NCBI RefSeq assembly: GCF_964194155.1
Contig: NC_135891.1
Span: 117,428,001 to 117,492,000 of the forward strand
Direction: 5' to 3'
DNA length: 64,000 nucleotides
DNA from: Cetorhinus maximus
Lineage: Eukaryota
Shown here: one piece after another, positions 37,664 to 51,694 of the stretch
Position numbering within the stretch: position 1 is the first letter of the stretch
Layout of the letters: the number at the start of each line of letters is the position of its first letter
Position numbers and translations under genes: made by a program
Notes under the pieces: model-generated
What the model was told of the DNA's origin: nothing
The model's input: only the letters and a program-made list of their open reading frames with translations
Databases searched by the model: none

Positions 37664-39683
37664 GGCCGGGATTTTCCTTGCCTGCATCAGGCATGTTCGG
37701 TGGCGAGAGCAGACAATATGGCACGATCGGTTTCACGATGGTGTGAAATCAGTTTGCGATCGTCTGCTCAGCCCGCAGATGGTGGGCAACATTCTCCGCC
37801 AGGGGACTTCGGGCACCTCATTGTAATACATATCATATCATACAGCATATCATTATTAGGCCTGCCCGCCGGACTGACCCCCACCCCCACCCCCACCTCC
37901 GCCTCCAGCCCCCCACCCCGCGTCGGCAGGAAAACACACCAATGTGTTTCACATCAGCACATAAGCGATGTGCATCTGGCAGGCTGCATTTCGCTCAGAA
38001 CTTCGAGGTTTGTTTACCTACCTTGCTTCGGTCAGCACTTGGAGTCATCAGTGCCAGGCTTAACAGGCAGCACCACATCACTTTTAGGGGGGCTTACAGC
38101 AGGTCTGTACCTACGAGACCAGCCATATGTGGGTGGCTTATCAATGGCTTCAGGGCTAGGGCTTGCTTAGTGTAGAGGGAGAAGTGGCCTCAGGCATGGG
38201 AAGAGGCTGCAGGGCAAGGGTCGTACTGGGGAAGGAGGGTATCCCAGGGTGTGTGGGGCACATGTTGATCTGTGCAATTGGCCTCAAGATGGTGAGGGCT
38301 GGGGAGGCAGTCTCCAGAGGTGATGAGACCAGATGGACATGTGAGGGTGTGTGTGTGAGAATGGGTGGTGATGTCCCTTGAGCTGGCAATGAGTGAGATG
38401 CCAGTGAATGTGTGATGGGCTTCAGTGTGTGAGGTAAAGAGTGATGAGATGGTTGCCATAACCTGGCTGCACGGATGAGATCATTCATCCTCTATCTGCA
38501 TTGGATAGCCAACCTCTTCTGTGCAACATTGGCACTGATCGCCACTGCCACCACCTCCCATGCCTGGTTGGTCATGCTGCTGCCCATCCTGCGGCCAGAG
38601 CTGAGGTAGAGAACATCACGATGGGCCTCCATGGCTTCCAAAAGGCATTCCAGTAACGCGTCACTAAACCTGGGGGTTGCAGTCTTTTTGTCTTCCCTGC
38701 AGTGGTCATGGGCTGGAAGCACTGAGATGTGTGCACGTGGCTGGACTTTAAATTTGGCGCCTGGCATGATAGAACCATAGAACCATAGAACACTACAGCA
38801 CAGAAAACAGGCCATTCGGCCCTTCTAGTCCGTGCCGAAATATTATTCCGCTAGTCCCATTGACCTACACCTAGTCCATAACCCTCCAGACCTCTCCCAT
38901 CCATGTATCTATCTAATTTATTCTTAAAACTTAAGAGTGAGCCCGAATTTACCACGTCAGATGGTAGCTCGTTCCACACTCTCACCACTCTCTTAGTGAA
39001 GAAGTTCCCCCTAATGTTCCCCCTAAACCTTTCCCCTTTCACCCTGAAGCCATGTCCTCTCGTGTTTATTTCTCCTAATCTAAGTGGAAAGAGCCTACTC
39101 GCATTTACTCTGTCTATACCCCTCATAATTTTGTAAACTTCTATCAAATCTCCCCTCATTCTTCTACGCTCCAAGGAATAAAGTCCTAACCTGTTTAATC
39201 TTTCCCTGTAACTCAACTCGTTAAGACCCGGCAACATCCTAGTAAATCTTCTCTGCACTCTCAATCTTACTGATATCCTTCCTGTAGTTAGGCGACCAGA
39301 ACTGCACAGAATACTCCAAAGTTGGCCTCACCAATGTCTTATACAACCTCACCATAACATCCCAACTCCTATACTCAATACTTTGATTTATGAAGGCCAG
39401 TATGCCAAAAGCTTTCTTTACAACCTTGTCTACCTGTGACGCCACTCAGGGAATTATGTATCTGAACTCCCAGATCCCTTTGTTCCTCCACACTCCTCAG
39501 CGCCCTACCATTTACTGTGTAGCATGGTGGACGAATGACAGCCCACCCGCCATGGAAACAGCGTGTTTCCCAAGAATGCATAATGAATGCATGGGTTTGG
39601 GATGATACGGTGTGAAAACCCGCCATTGCAACGTTTTACCCGCCCGCTACCACACTTAGTGCAGATCTGGGACGATTCCACCC
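37664..39683 (-). mobile_element. Harbinger/PIF-like DNA transposon relic with Myb/SANT-like ORF remnant
   Basis: TPRFSDALLECLLEAMEAHRDVLY..NQAWEVVAVAISANVAQKRLAIQCR*RMNDLIRAAR; imperfect termini ggccgggattttcc / ggacgattccaccc; 3-bp ata on both sides; splits a CR1 tail remnant. Confidence 0.65.
38770..39521 (-). mobile_element. Young 5'-truncated CR1 nested in the Harbinger-like element
   Basis: ORFs 39239-39445 and 38851-39264 (RVQRRFTRMLPGL..RGDLIEVYKIMRG..FFTKRVVRVWNELP); (atagaacc)n tail. Confidence 0.93.
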
Positions 39684-40377
39684 ATAGTAACTGGTCAGCC
39701 ATTCAGCCCCTCAAGCCTTCAGTTAGTCATGGCTGACCTATATCTTAACTTCATTTATCTGCCTTATGGAATCTGGGTCATCAGAAAGACACCTTTCACC
39801 CATTGCTTTGGAAATCCTTTGAGTTCAGTCTGTCTGCCTATGAAACGGGTGATAATTCTTAAAGACAGAGATTCCAAAAAAGGCAGTCTGGACTTTGCAG
39901 ACAGATCTCTGCATGGACAGCCAGGCCAAGACTGGTTTTGAAAAAATAGTAATCTGCAGGGAAAGGAAGTTGTACCCTAGGTGATGGGTCAGAATATAGA
40001 GATTAATCTCTTTAAGTCAAACCATGATGTGGGGTAACAAAGTGTCATCATTATCTTTCTGTTGTTACACAGATAACTGGAACTAAGTATAAAATTAAGC
40101 CACCTCATGTTAACTCCGTCTGCCAGTAGAGAGAGTAAAGAAATGTGTGTGACAGTATGAAGGGTTTAACTCACAGAGTTCCACTGGGGTTCTGGTATTA
40201 TAATATATGATATAAGGGAGTGTGAGTCAACTCCTCGAAAAGTAAGATGCTCAAATCACTTATGGTGGGGAGGAGCCGGTGGGAGGGGTGGCGAGGGGAG
40301 TGCAAAAATTCAACTGAATTCAAAATGTTATCTATATAAATTTGGAAGTTGGTTAAAAGCAACATGCAATATTGAAA

Positions 40378-40900
40378 CACATAAGAATTAGAAACAGGAG
40401 GAGGACATTTAGCCCCCTGAACCTGCACCATTATTCAACTGATGTTCTACATCAACTCCACTTTGCCACCCAGTTCCCTTGATTCCCTTAGTGCCCAAAA
40501 ATCTATCAATCGCCATCTGGAATATACTCAATAGCTGAGCATCCGCAGACCTCTGGTGTAGACAATTCCAAAGCTTCACAACCCTCTGAGTGAAGAAATT
40601 TCTCCTCGTCTCGGTCCTAGATGGTTGACCCTTTATCGTGAGATATGACTTCCTAGTTCTCGACTCTCCAGGCAGGGGAAACAATCTCCCAGTGTCTATC
40701 ATGTCAAGCCCTCTAAGAATTTTATACGTTTACATGAGAACACCTCTCATTCTTCTAAACTCCAGAGCGTATAGGCCATTCTACTTAATCTCTCCTCATA
40801 GGACAGCCCTCTCATCGCAGGAATCAACCTAGTGAACCTTCATTGCACCCTCTGGAAGGCAAATATATTCTTCCTTGGGTAAGAAGATCAAAGCTATATA
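40378..40900 (-). mobile_element. CR1 3' fragment
   Basis: ORF 40409-40702 GRLFPLPGESRTR..RRNFFTQRVVKLWN. Confidence 0.85.
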
Positions 40901-43794
40901 TATTATTCCAGGTAAAAATAATATTCTTGTGATTAAGGTGATCTGAAATACCCATAATGTAATGGTAAATGGAATAAAAATAGCAACATTGAATCACGCT
41001 CAAATCATAGGTAGTCGTGCTTGAGTTTGCCAGGTTGGCAGCCAATGAGAAAGCAAAAAGGTTTAAGGGAGAAGCTTAAATTAAAACCAAGGAACATAGA
41101 CACAGGAGGAAGCCATTCAGCCCATCAAGCTTGTTCCAACATTCAGTTCATAACTGATCTGTATCTTAGCTTCATCTGCTTGCCTTGGTTCGGTACTCCT
41201 TAGTATCCCTACCTAACAAAATTCCACCATAGTAAGTCTTCAAAATTTCAATTGATTTCCAGCCTCCACAAGATTTTTTGGGGGAAGAGTGGTCCAGGTT
41301 ATCACTACTCTTTCTGTGCAGAAGTGCTTCCTGACATCGGCCCTGAATGGCCTAGTTCTAATTTTAAGGTTATGTTCCCTCGTTCTGGATTTTTTCCACC
41401 AGAACATGAGGAATGAAGAGCAGAAGAGAACTGAGAAAAGGAGCAACGTAGGTTGCAAAGAGTCAATGATGTGACGGCCACCAGTGAGCTGGTAAGTTAT
41501 GTGGTGACGGGCAGTGTAGATAGATTAACTCTGAAGAGAACACACAGTCTTTGCGAACAAGCTGTATAGCTCATCCACGAGGGACCACGGAGGGGAAGGG
41601 GGAAGCACAATTAGGAGGGATATACCATGATTTTGAATCATTTTTCCAAACTGAATAATTGGGGAAATAGTTACTGATAAGCCATGTGTTTTAAAAGCAA
41701 TGTGTACTTTAACAGAGAAACAAGTGCATGCAGATAAATGGACTAAACAGGAATTGTTTCTCCAGAGACCAGGCAATAAATGGGGTTTGTTAGCTTGTCT
41801 GGGTAATCAGAAACATGCCTCTCATCCATTGTGCTGGAAACCCCCTTGATCTCAGTGTCTCTGTGAAGCCAGTCCTAAGAACCATCAAACACAGATACCA
41901 AAAAAAAGTCAAGTCTGGCTTTTGCAAAAAAGGATGTTGCGCAGAGAGTCAGTCAATAAAAGGCTAAGAATAGACAGGGATCTGCAAAAAGAGGAGCTCC
42001 TGCCCTGGCCTATACGCAGAAGAGTTCATTGTTTAAACCAATCGAAACAACCCACTGAAGGGAGGCAGTGAATATCCTTTTGTAATTGAATCTTCAAATA
42101 ATTGAAGTAAAATAATTGAAGTGAACTTCATTATTTTTCTATAATCAAATGGCAATAAAGAAAGAACTTGCATTCGTATAGCACCTTTCATGACCTCAGG
42201 AAGTCTCAATGCACTTTAAAGTCAATAAAGTACTTTTTTGCCATCTAGTAGCTGTTGTGGAGATAAATTGTATTGTTTGAAGTAAGAGAACCTGATTGTG
42301 ACTATTGCTCTGCATGTTCAACTTACTGTGGAATAAAACAAATTATCAATTCTAAACAAGTCTCTTGGAGTTTTATTTTGATCTGCCTTTGCAAAGATTG
42401 AAGAAATGAACATGCTAAAGACACAACCACCTGGTTTAGGTCACAAACATGGCTTCCACTGTTGCACACCCACATATCATTACATACAAGTGTGAACACT
42501 TAGACTACTGACTTGTAACATCTGATAAAATATACAGATGAATGTTCACTTCCAAAGATTCAATTACAAAAGGATATTCATGTTAACCAACCAGTATATA
42601 TTATATTGGACTTCCACAGACGAGGAAACTAATGTTGGAGCCAATTAAAGTTCTACAACAATAATGGAGTTGTTAATTAATTACAGCAATAATTCTCATC
42701 AATGAGTCTCCAATAGACCTAGACATGAGGTGAGGATCCCACCCCCATCCAGTGATGGAGAGGCTTTGGGATGCATTCAGTCACTCCAGTGACTGGCCTG
42801 TATGACATCGATGTCTCTATGATGGCCGGACTAACAGATTATCAATTACCAAGGTTACTGCCAGCAGTAATGATTGGGTCTGCACAACATGACAGAATAG
42901 GACTGGGCACTCTTTGAAAGAGCTATCCAATTAGTCACACTCCCCCTTGCTCTTTCTCACTGCCCTGCGAATTTCCTCCCATTCACGTATTTTCTAAATC
43001 CCCTTTGAAAGTTACTACTGAATCTGCTCCCACCACCCTTTCAGGCAAGGCATTCCAGATCATAATCACTCACTGTGTAATAAAAATCTTACCATCTCAG
43101 TTCTGGTTCATTTGCCAATTATCTTAAATCTATGCCCTTTGGTTACTCACCCTTAAGCCTTCATGATTTCGAAAGCCTTTATTAAATCTTACCTTCTCTG
43201 TTCTAAGGAGAACAATCCCAGGTTCTCCAGTTTTTCCACATAACTGAAGTCCCTCAACCCTGGTATGATTTAGATTGAAATACTCTACAGAAGACCAAAG
43301 GAGCCAGTGTAGGGAAATTCCCCAGGACACTGTTCAGATAGTTGACAAGAAAAGTGATTGAGGGCTCTGAGAGATACCAGTGGATGGAATTTTACAAGCT
43401 TTGGGACCAAGCAGACACTAATGGTCTTTTCCATTATCATCCATCTGGTTGGTCCAGAAGTACACCAAATCCCATCCACCACCAAAACTAGAATTTATAT
43501 GTAGTAAAACATCACAAGGCACTTCACAGGAATATAGTCAGACAAAAACAATAGACACCAGGCCATGGAAGGAGACACCAGGACACTTGGTCAAAGAGGT
43601 AGGTTTTAAGAAGCATCTTAAAAGAGGGGAGGTAGAGACAGGGGGGTTTTGGATGAGAAGTCCAGAGCTTAGCGATGGCAGTCCTCAGCACAGAGCAGTC
43701 ACACTGTCACTAGACACAACTCAGACACTTTCTGGTGTTTGTGAAAATAGTTCGAGTGAGCACATTCTCTTCTGAATTACCGTTAATGAAAAAC

Positions 43795-44125
43795 CAAAGC
43801 AAAATAATGTGAAGCTGAAAATCTGAAATATAAACAGAACATTCTGTGAAAGTGTCATCAATCTGCAACGTTAACCCTACTTTTTTTTATTCATTCATGG
43901 GATGTGGGCATCGCTGTCTAGACCAACATTTATTGCCCATCCCTAATTGCCATTGAGAAGGTGGTGGTGAGCTACCTTCTTGAACCGCTGCAGTCCCTGT
44001 TGTGTAGGTACATCCATAATGCTGTTAGGGAGGGAGTTCCAGGATTTTGACCCAGCAACAGTGAAGGAATTGCTTTTTTCTCCACAGCCTATAGCTGACC
44101 TGCTGAGTGTTTCCAGCTTTTTTTT
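43795..44125. mobile_element. Palindromic Penelope-LTR derivative interrupted by a LINE 3' tail (43881-44070, minus)
   Basis: aaagcaaaataatg..aatctgaaatataaacaga..aacgttaac [ttttttttattcattcatgggatgtggg...] tttctccacag..gacctgctgagtgtttccagc. Confidence 0.7.
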
Positions 44126-45444
44126 TAGTATATACAGTTACTACACATTGTGTTTGTTCTGTGCCCTGTTCACTGCGAGAATTGGCCTTGGCTCCCCAAA
44201 GGTTTGGTTTCTACTAACATTGAATCCTAGTTTCAACTATTGGTCTGTTGATCTGAGCCTGAGATGTTATCAGGATTGACTGTTGCCTCAGTTCCCCTGG
44301 GAAGGGGAACTAAGTAATCACAGATCCTGACTCCTGATTCCTACCTGGTGACTCCTGTTTGGGATCAACTGTGCAAATTTTCCCTATTTTCTCACTAAAT
44401 CCTCTTGTCTCACATTCAACACCCATATCTCCTTTGTCACTGAAGTAATCACCAACAAGATCTGTTTGCTCTTTCATGCCAATGCATCTTTTCCATCCAA
44501 TTCTACTGACTCTTTAATAAAGCCAACATCCATCCAATACTTAAATCCTGTTTTGGGGTGCTTTTCTAACACTCCTTGGACACTCCATGACATGATACAA
44601 AAAGAGCGTTGGCTGACTCTTCTCTCATCTCTGGTCTCCGGTCTGACTCCCTTCATACCAACCTACTTTAACCAATAATATTGTGGTCATTGTTCCTCTG
44701 ATCTTCAACCATGCTCTTACTTATTGCAGTGTCTTATCAATTGAAACCAAGATTCATTGCACTGCCTCCCATTTGAATACATTCTTTGTCAGAACCTCAA
44801 AACTGTCCACCTCCTTAACCCCCTCACAATCTTCCCTCCTGTCCATGAGGTGCAGGGTTTTAAAACCCAAATGTGGTGTCACCCAACCCATTATTTCCTC
44901 ATGAACCTCTCAACTCTATTGTGCTCTCTCGAATGTTGGTGATTTTCCTGAACAACAGGCTGTGAGCCTACACGGGGTTTCTCAATAAACAGAACAATAG
45001 AGAAAACAGGCCACGGAGTCTACTGAGGTGGTGGATCATGACAATAGTGTTTATTCTTTCTCCAAAAGCACACTAGTCCCAAGAACATAGGAACGATTAA
45101 TAATGGGTTAATGTGGCCAAATGGTGTCAAGACCAACCCTGGAATAATAATGGGAGAATATCCCAATGAGGATAAATCTCCAGATTTCTTTAAACCACCT
45201 CAGAGAGCTTCGCCATGGGCTGAGGGAATCTCACCATCTGCACGCCCTGTTCAAAGGCTTTTCGAGGAAGAGATTCTTTTCTTTAAGAGACCACCTTGAA
45301 GGTGAGATTTCCCACTTGAAAGGAGCTGTTAGTGATAAGAGTTCGACTATGCGGGAGCCTGAGTGAGAAAAGCTGTGTTAAAAGACAAACAAAATCATGT
45401 TCATTCCCTGCTTATAAATGGTGATATCTTTAAATAGGAGAAGT

Positions 45445-45960
45445 AGGATCATAGAAAAGTACAGCGCAGAAGGAGGCCATTTGGTCCATCAAGTCTGTAC
45501 TATTTCTTTCAAAGAACAATCCAGGAGTTGTCATAGCCCTGCAACTATTTTCTTTAAGTATTTATCCAATTTCCTTTTGCAAGTTACTATTGAATCAGTA
45601 TGTACCCGTCCTATCAGGCAGTGCATTCCAAATTCTAACCATTCGTTGCATAAAAATGCTTTTCCTTGTGTTGCCTCTGGTTCTTTTGCTTAAATCTGTG
45701 CCCTCTGGTTATCGACCCTTTAGCCATCAGAAACACTTTCTCTTTATTTACTTTATCTAAAGCCTTAATTATTTTAAACATCCCTGCCAAATCTCCTCTT
45801 AGCCTGCTCTGCTCTAAGGAGAACCACCCCAACTTCTCCAGTTTCTCCATGTAACTACAATCCCTCAACTCTTCTGCACCCTCTCCAAAGTTTTCATGTC
45901 CTTACTAAAGTGTAATGCCCAGAACGGAGCACAAAACTCAAGTTGGGACTGAACCAGTGT
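45445..45960 (-). mobile_element. Old CR1 3' fragment
   Basis: ORF 45635-45868 EKLEKLGWFSLEQSRLRGDL..TRGHRFK. Confidence 0.8.
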
Positions 45961-46609
45961 TTGTTGACGCATTACCTAACTTTCACAGATGTGTCCATTG
46001 TTCTCTGAGTAATGATTATTTTGACATTCTCAGGGTTTTTCATCGTAATTATCTTCTTTAACCAATATTTAAAGGTGTATATGAGCTCTAAGCAAAATTT
46101 GATTTCCTCTTCTAAGCAGAGTTTTTTTCAAAAATATACTTTATTCATAAAATTTGTAAAAGTGCATCCCAGAACATTCCAAACTGAAAATTACAGGAAG
46201 CGCAATAGAATTCAATTACTTCTCCTAATACAGCATGTTCCACTCTGAGATGCCTCAATACAATATCAATCCTCTTGATATTCACAATGTACATTCCATG
46301 TCAGGCATACAACCTGAGGGGTTCTCTACAGCCACCAGCCCATGGGGCAAGCCTTCCTCCCGATCTGAACGAGGCTAATGGTGAGACTCCCTGGTTTGTG
46401 TCTTTCCCTGGAAGCCCCTTTTACAGTGACAGTGGATATTTCCACTGGGATTGTGATTCCGGATGAGCCAGGAAGATCAGGTTGGAGGAGTAGGAGAGCA
46501 AGAGCCAATGTTCCTTGAGATCATCCAATTAGAAATCTCAAGGAAGGAGGATTATCCAATCAGAAAATAACTGCAAGTCAAGTAGGAAAAGCTGCCCATT
46601 GGCCACCCA

Positions 46610-46700
46610 ACTTGCCTGCCTTAGGTGATGCAACATGAGCTATCCTATCATTGATGAGGGATCTCATAACTCATAAGAGTTGAGGTCAAGGGTCACCTCC
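46610..46700 (+). promoter_or_regulatory. Putative TSSK6 copy B upstream element (DR1)
   Basis: AGGTCA-a-GGGTCA at 46683-46695, followed by cct as in copy A; cttgcctg..tgatg upstream in both; CCAAT boxes at ~46505, 46525, 46556. Confidence 0.45.
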
Positions 46701-47065
46701 GACTTTGAAATGCAGAAACAAACCTGTCACATTTACCAATTATATATTCTATTTTTTAGCACAAGAACTGCAAATGAATCCCTTATTTTCTTTCCCTTAA
46801 AGCAAAAATGAACATGTTTGTGCCTTGGAATGAGTGGAGCTGCATTCCATTATGAGGGCACAAAGGGTTGGCAAATTTGGAAAGCTCGGGTGAAGGGAGT
46901 CAGGTTGATGACTGGAAGTGGCAAAGCAATTTATATCTCACTGCAAAATTATTGCAGTCAATATTTTTTGAAAGCATTTGGGTACATGTCTATAAAAGGT
47001 GATGGGATGGGGATGTGACACTAGGGAAACTTCATAACTGCAAATTATTACAGCAGATGCATTGA

Positions 47066-47929
<864 letters not shown>

Positions 47930-48689
47930 AGGAATATGCTCTAAAGAGGGTCAAACAAGAGCCTTGTTGCATTATTCCTGCAGGCACGGTTCTAAATTTT
48001 CCAAGATGGTAACTTGGTTTCAATCAAAGAAAAGTTTCTTTGAACCAGACTTTGGTTATCAACAAAGGTGAAATTGGGTACATACACAGACTTAGCATAA
48101 GAGCATAAGAAATAGGAGCAGGAGTTGACTATTTGGCTTATTGAGCCTTCTCCAACATTCAACAAAATAATTGATTTTCGACCTCAATTCACCTTCCTAC
48201 TCTATCCCCATATTTTTTTAATTCACTTCAGCCTCTGTCTTGAATATACTCAATGGCTGAGTATCCAAACCTCTCTGGGACAGTGAATTCCAAACATTCG
48301 CAACTGTCTGAGTGAACTAATAGCTAGCTTCCTTTTTTTAAAATTTGTATATGGGATGTTGAGCATCACTGGCAAGGCCAGCATTTATTGTCCATCCCTA
48401 ATCACCCTCGAGAGGTTGATGCTGCCTTCTTAAACTGCTGCAGTCCATGTAATGTAGGTACACCCGCAGTGCTGTTAGGGAGTTAAGGATTCTGACCCAG
48501 CGACAATTCAGGAACGGTGATAAAGTTTCAAGTATGTGACTTGGAGTCCGTGCTGCCCTGGTTTTTCTAGGATTTAGAGGTCGCAGGTTTGGAAGGAGGC
48601 ATCGTAGGTGCTGTCATGAGAGAGAGTCTCATGAAAATGAGTGGGAGAGAAATATACAAGGATAGAAGGAGAATGAGAGGAAAAGGAAA

Positions 48690-49160
48690 AAAGACCTGCA
48701 TTTATATAGCACCATTCACAACCTCATGACATACCAAAGTGCTTTACAACTTTTGAAGTGTAGTCACTGCTCTAATGTGGGAAACGCAACAGTCAATTTG
48801 CACACAGCAACTTCCTTGAAACAGCAATGGGATTTAAAAACTAGCTCATTTTATTTTAAGCGCCGTTGTTTGAGAAATAAACTTTGGCCCCAGAAACTGG
48901 GGAGAACTCACCTGTTCTTCTAAATAATGTCTTGGGATCTTTTACATCTGCCTCAGAGGTCAGACAGGGCCTTAGGTTAGCATCTCATCTGCAAAATGGT
49001 GTCTCTGACATTGCAGCAATCACTCAATACTGGCATTGGGAGTGCCAGCCTGGGTTATGTGCTCAAGCCTTTGGTGTGGGACATGAACACAGAGGGACAT
49101 GAACACAGAACCTTCTAATTCAGTGGTGAGAGTGCTACCCATTGGGCCACAGCTGACACT
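48690..49160 (-). mobile_element. DeuSINE-type tRNA SINE
   Basis: Plus strand starts gacctgcatttatatagcacc and ends gagagtgctacccattgggccacagctgacac. Confidence 0.85.
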
Positions 49161-50524
49161 GAATTGTTTGAATAATTTCCTTCCCATCACTTGCCACTGA
49201 CTCAGTGTCAGAGGGAAAGAGTTGGACAGTGGGATTAGTTCATTAGTAAAGGGCTCTGCCTCGCCAACTCAGTTAAGAAGCCATTTTCAATTCATGAGTT
49301 TGAAAGGTCGAGAGTTGGAAGACTACTGGGGTGGGGGGGTGTGGGTGCGCTGGGGGGGTGCAGAAGGGGATCAACAGATTCCAATCCAGTCATGTGATGA
49401 GAAGCTTGCCAATTAGCTTGCAATTTAGGCAAGGATCCAAGTGGTTTACTAGTGCCTGTCACCCCTTGTCCTGAACTGAGCGTTTAGAAGATGAGGGCTG
49501 AAATTTGTAGCCTGCTTTGTAGTTTTAATTTTCTCCAAAGTAAAATTCATAGTCTTCTCAACCCATGGTCAATTTCAACCGACAGCTTAATTGCTGCTCA
49601 ATTGGATGGCTAGCTGAATGAGCATGAAAGTCAATACTGCTCTTTCCAGAAGATACCAGATATGCAGATGAATTTTCATGGGTAACCTTCACTCACTCTC
49701 AAGGCTGGAGAAAAGCCAAGTTTAGGGGGCTGAGTTTCACCTCCAGGGCAACTAGACTGGGCCCAGAGTTCAGATGGATGAACGATCAAGTAGGTGGGAG
49801 GGGAAGACAATCTTTACTCTCCTTCTGTCCACAATGGATACTTCTGCGAAAACTCAACGTTGATGTCATACAGACTGGGAAAGTTGCATGTCCTGTTTGT
49901 TGGTTGATATTGAGCCGAGCAATTGGCCAGGTTACATAAATTGCGCTCAACCTTCCCCTTCGGAACAGGGACAAATCAACTCAAAGTTTCTGCACCTGAT
50001 TACTGTCCAGTGATGTTTGCTGGACATCTTATAAGGATGGAATCATAGAATTGTGCAGCACAGAAACAGGTCAAGGCCAGTGATTGTGCTGGACAGCAAT
50101 GTATTCAGTCCCATTATCTGCTCCATCTCCATAGCCCAATGTAGTGAAAGTGTTCCCACAGAGCTTCATGTTTTTTCCCAGGATTTTGACCTTGTGACAA
50201 TGAAGGAATAATGAATGATAACCCTGCCACCTTTGGACCTTGAGCTATACCAGCAGGATGCTTTCATCCATCCCAATTGACCTGCTTTCAATTATTTCCA
50301 TAGTTTGGATTGTATGAACAAACCTTTCCATTACATTGAAACTTTTAAAACAAAGCATCAACTGGGGGATAGGTGAGACAATTCAACTGGTCCTTTAGTG
50401 TACATCCTAACAGATTATAACACAGACTCATGTCAATTGCTGCACTTATTACATTACATATTCAATCATAATTTATGCTTGAGATATGGGCAGCGCTTTA
50501 TTTATTGTTCATCCTCACTTACCC

Positions 50525-50785
50525 AGAGTGCTTTGGGAATCAACCACACTGCAGACAACTGGAGTCATATGCAGGCCAGACCAGGCAGAGGTGGCAGATT
50601 CCCTTCTCTAGCCAACATTAGTGAACCCGTTGTGTTTTGAAAACAGCTTTTGTTGCCAATATTCCCAGTGCCAACCAACAAATTGACTAGATTTATCCAA
50701 TTTCATTATTACAACTTGCCCATGGTGGGATTTGAACTCCCATCCTGAGTGGCTCGTCAGCTACTGGAAACGTAACACATTAATT
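50525..50785 (-). mobile_element. Diverged 5' head of the tRNA-headed LINE/SINE family
   Basis: ggagtcatatgcaggccagaccaggcagaggtggcagattccct..attagtgaacc..ggtgggatttgaactc aligns to 8268-8535. Confidence 0.7.
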
Positions 50786-51694
50786 GATACCTTTTTGTAC
50801 CAAAATGGGTTTGCCACCACTCACAGTTCCTGAGGAAGATAAAAGTGCTGGGGAATGAGGGCGGGAACGATCTTTTCTGCAGAGCCTGGAGCATCAGCGA
50901 GGTGGTGATTGGGGGAAGCACCAACAGGGGAGCAGCCAATAAAAGGGCCACTGAAACCTGGAGACCTTACAGTGAGTAACTCGGGAAACAGACCGAGGAT
51001 TCCCACTGGGAAAATGAAGGGAGAAGGAAGTTTCTTGAACAGAGATATGCTAGAACATGGAAGGCTTAACCACACGTGGCTATTGTGGGAGAAAGTAAAA
51101 CCTAATTTAAAAGGAAAGGGGATAAATATTTGAAAAGGAGGAATATAAAATGAGCTGGGGTGGTGGAAAGGGGACAGGAGAGTTCACCAGCACCGAAGAC
51201 TGAATGGCCTCCTCCTCCTATGCTATGGTTTCTATGGAAATTCTCCTTTATCAAATCCAAACTGAGAGAATGCTTTGGAAATGTTGCTGCTGAGCTGTGG
51301 TTAGGATGGTAAGCCCTGTGGAAAATGCCCTAAACGTTCAGCCCACTGCCCTAGTTGGTGTGATCTCTTGGCTGGGTTCATGTCAGTCTGTGCTGGTGGC
51401 TTCTGAGGTGTGAAGGCCAATCTCCAATGGGGGCTCCCAGCTTAGAGTCGTCACTTTTACATGGAAGCAAAATCAAACACAGAATCCAAGGCGAGATGGA
51501 ACCAATGGGATTGATTGTGGGGCCTGAAGACTACTTCGTCAGAGCAGGGAGATAGAGGTTATGATTTCAGGGTTAATGTCGAAGAGTTAAAATGATCACT
51601 GCTTGTCAAAGGTAATATTTTAAGAAAGAATTGCCTTTATGTAGCACCTGTCATAACCACTGGATGTCTCAAAGAGTTTTATAGCCAAAGAATT

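Noticed and set aside
50820-51130. Unique-looking ORFs and a possible exon (ctgcag|...|gtgagt)
   Set aside because: No recognisable homology or partner exons.
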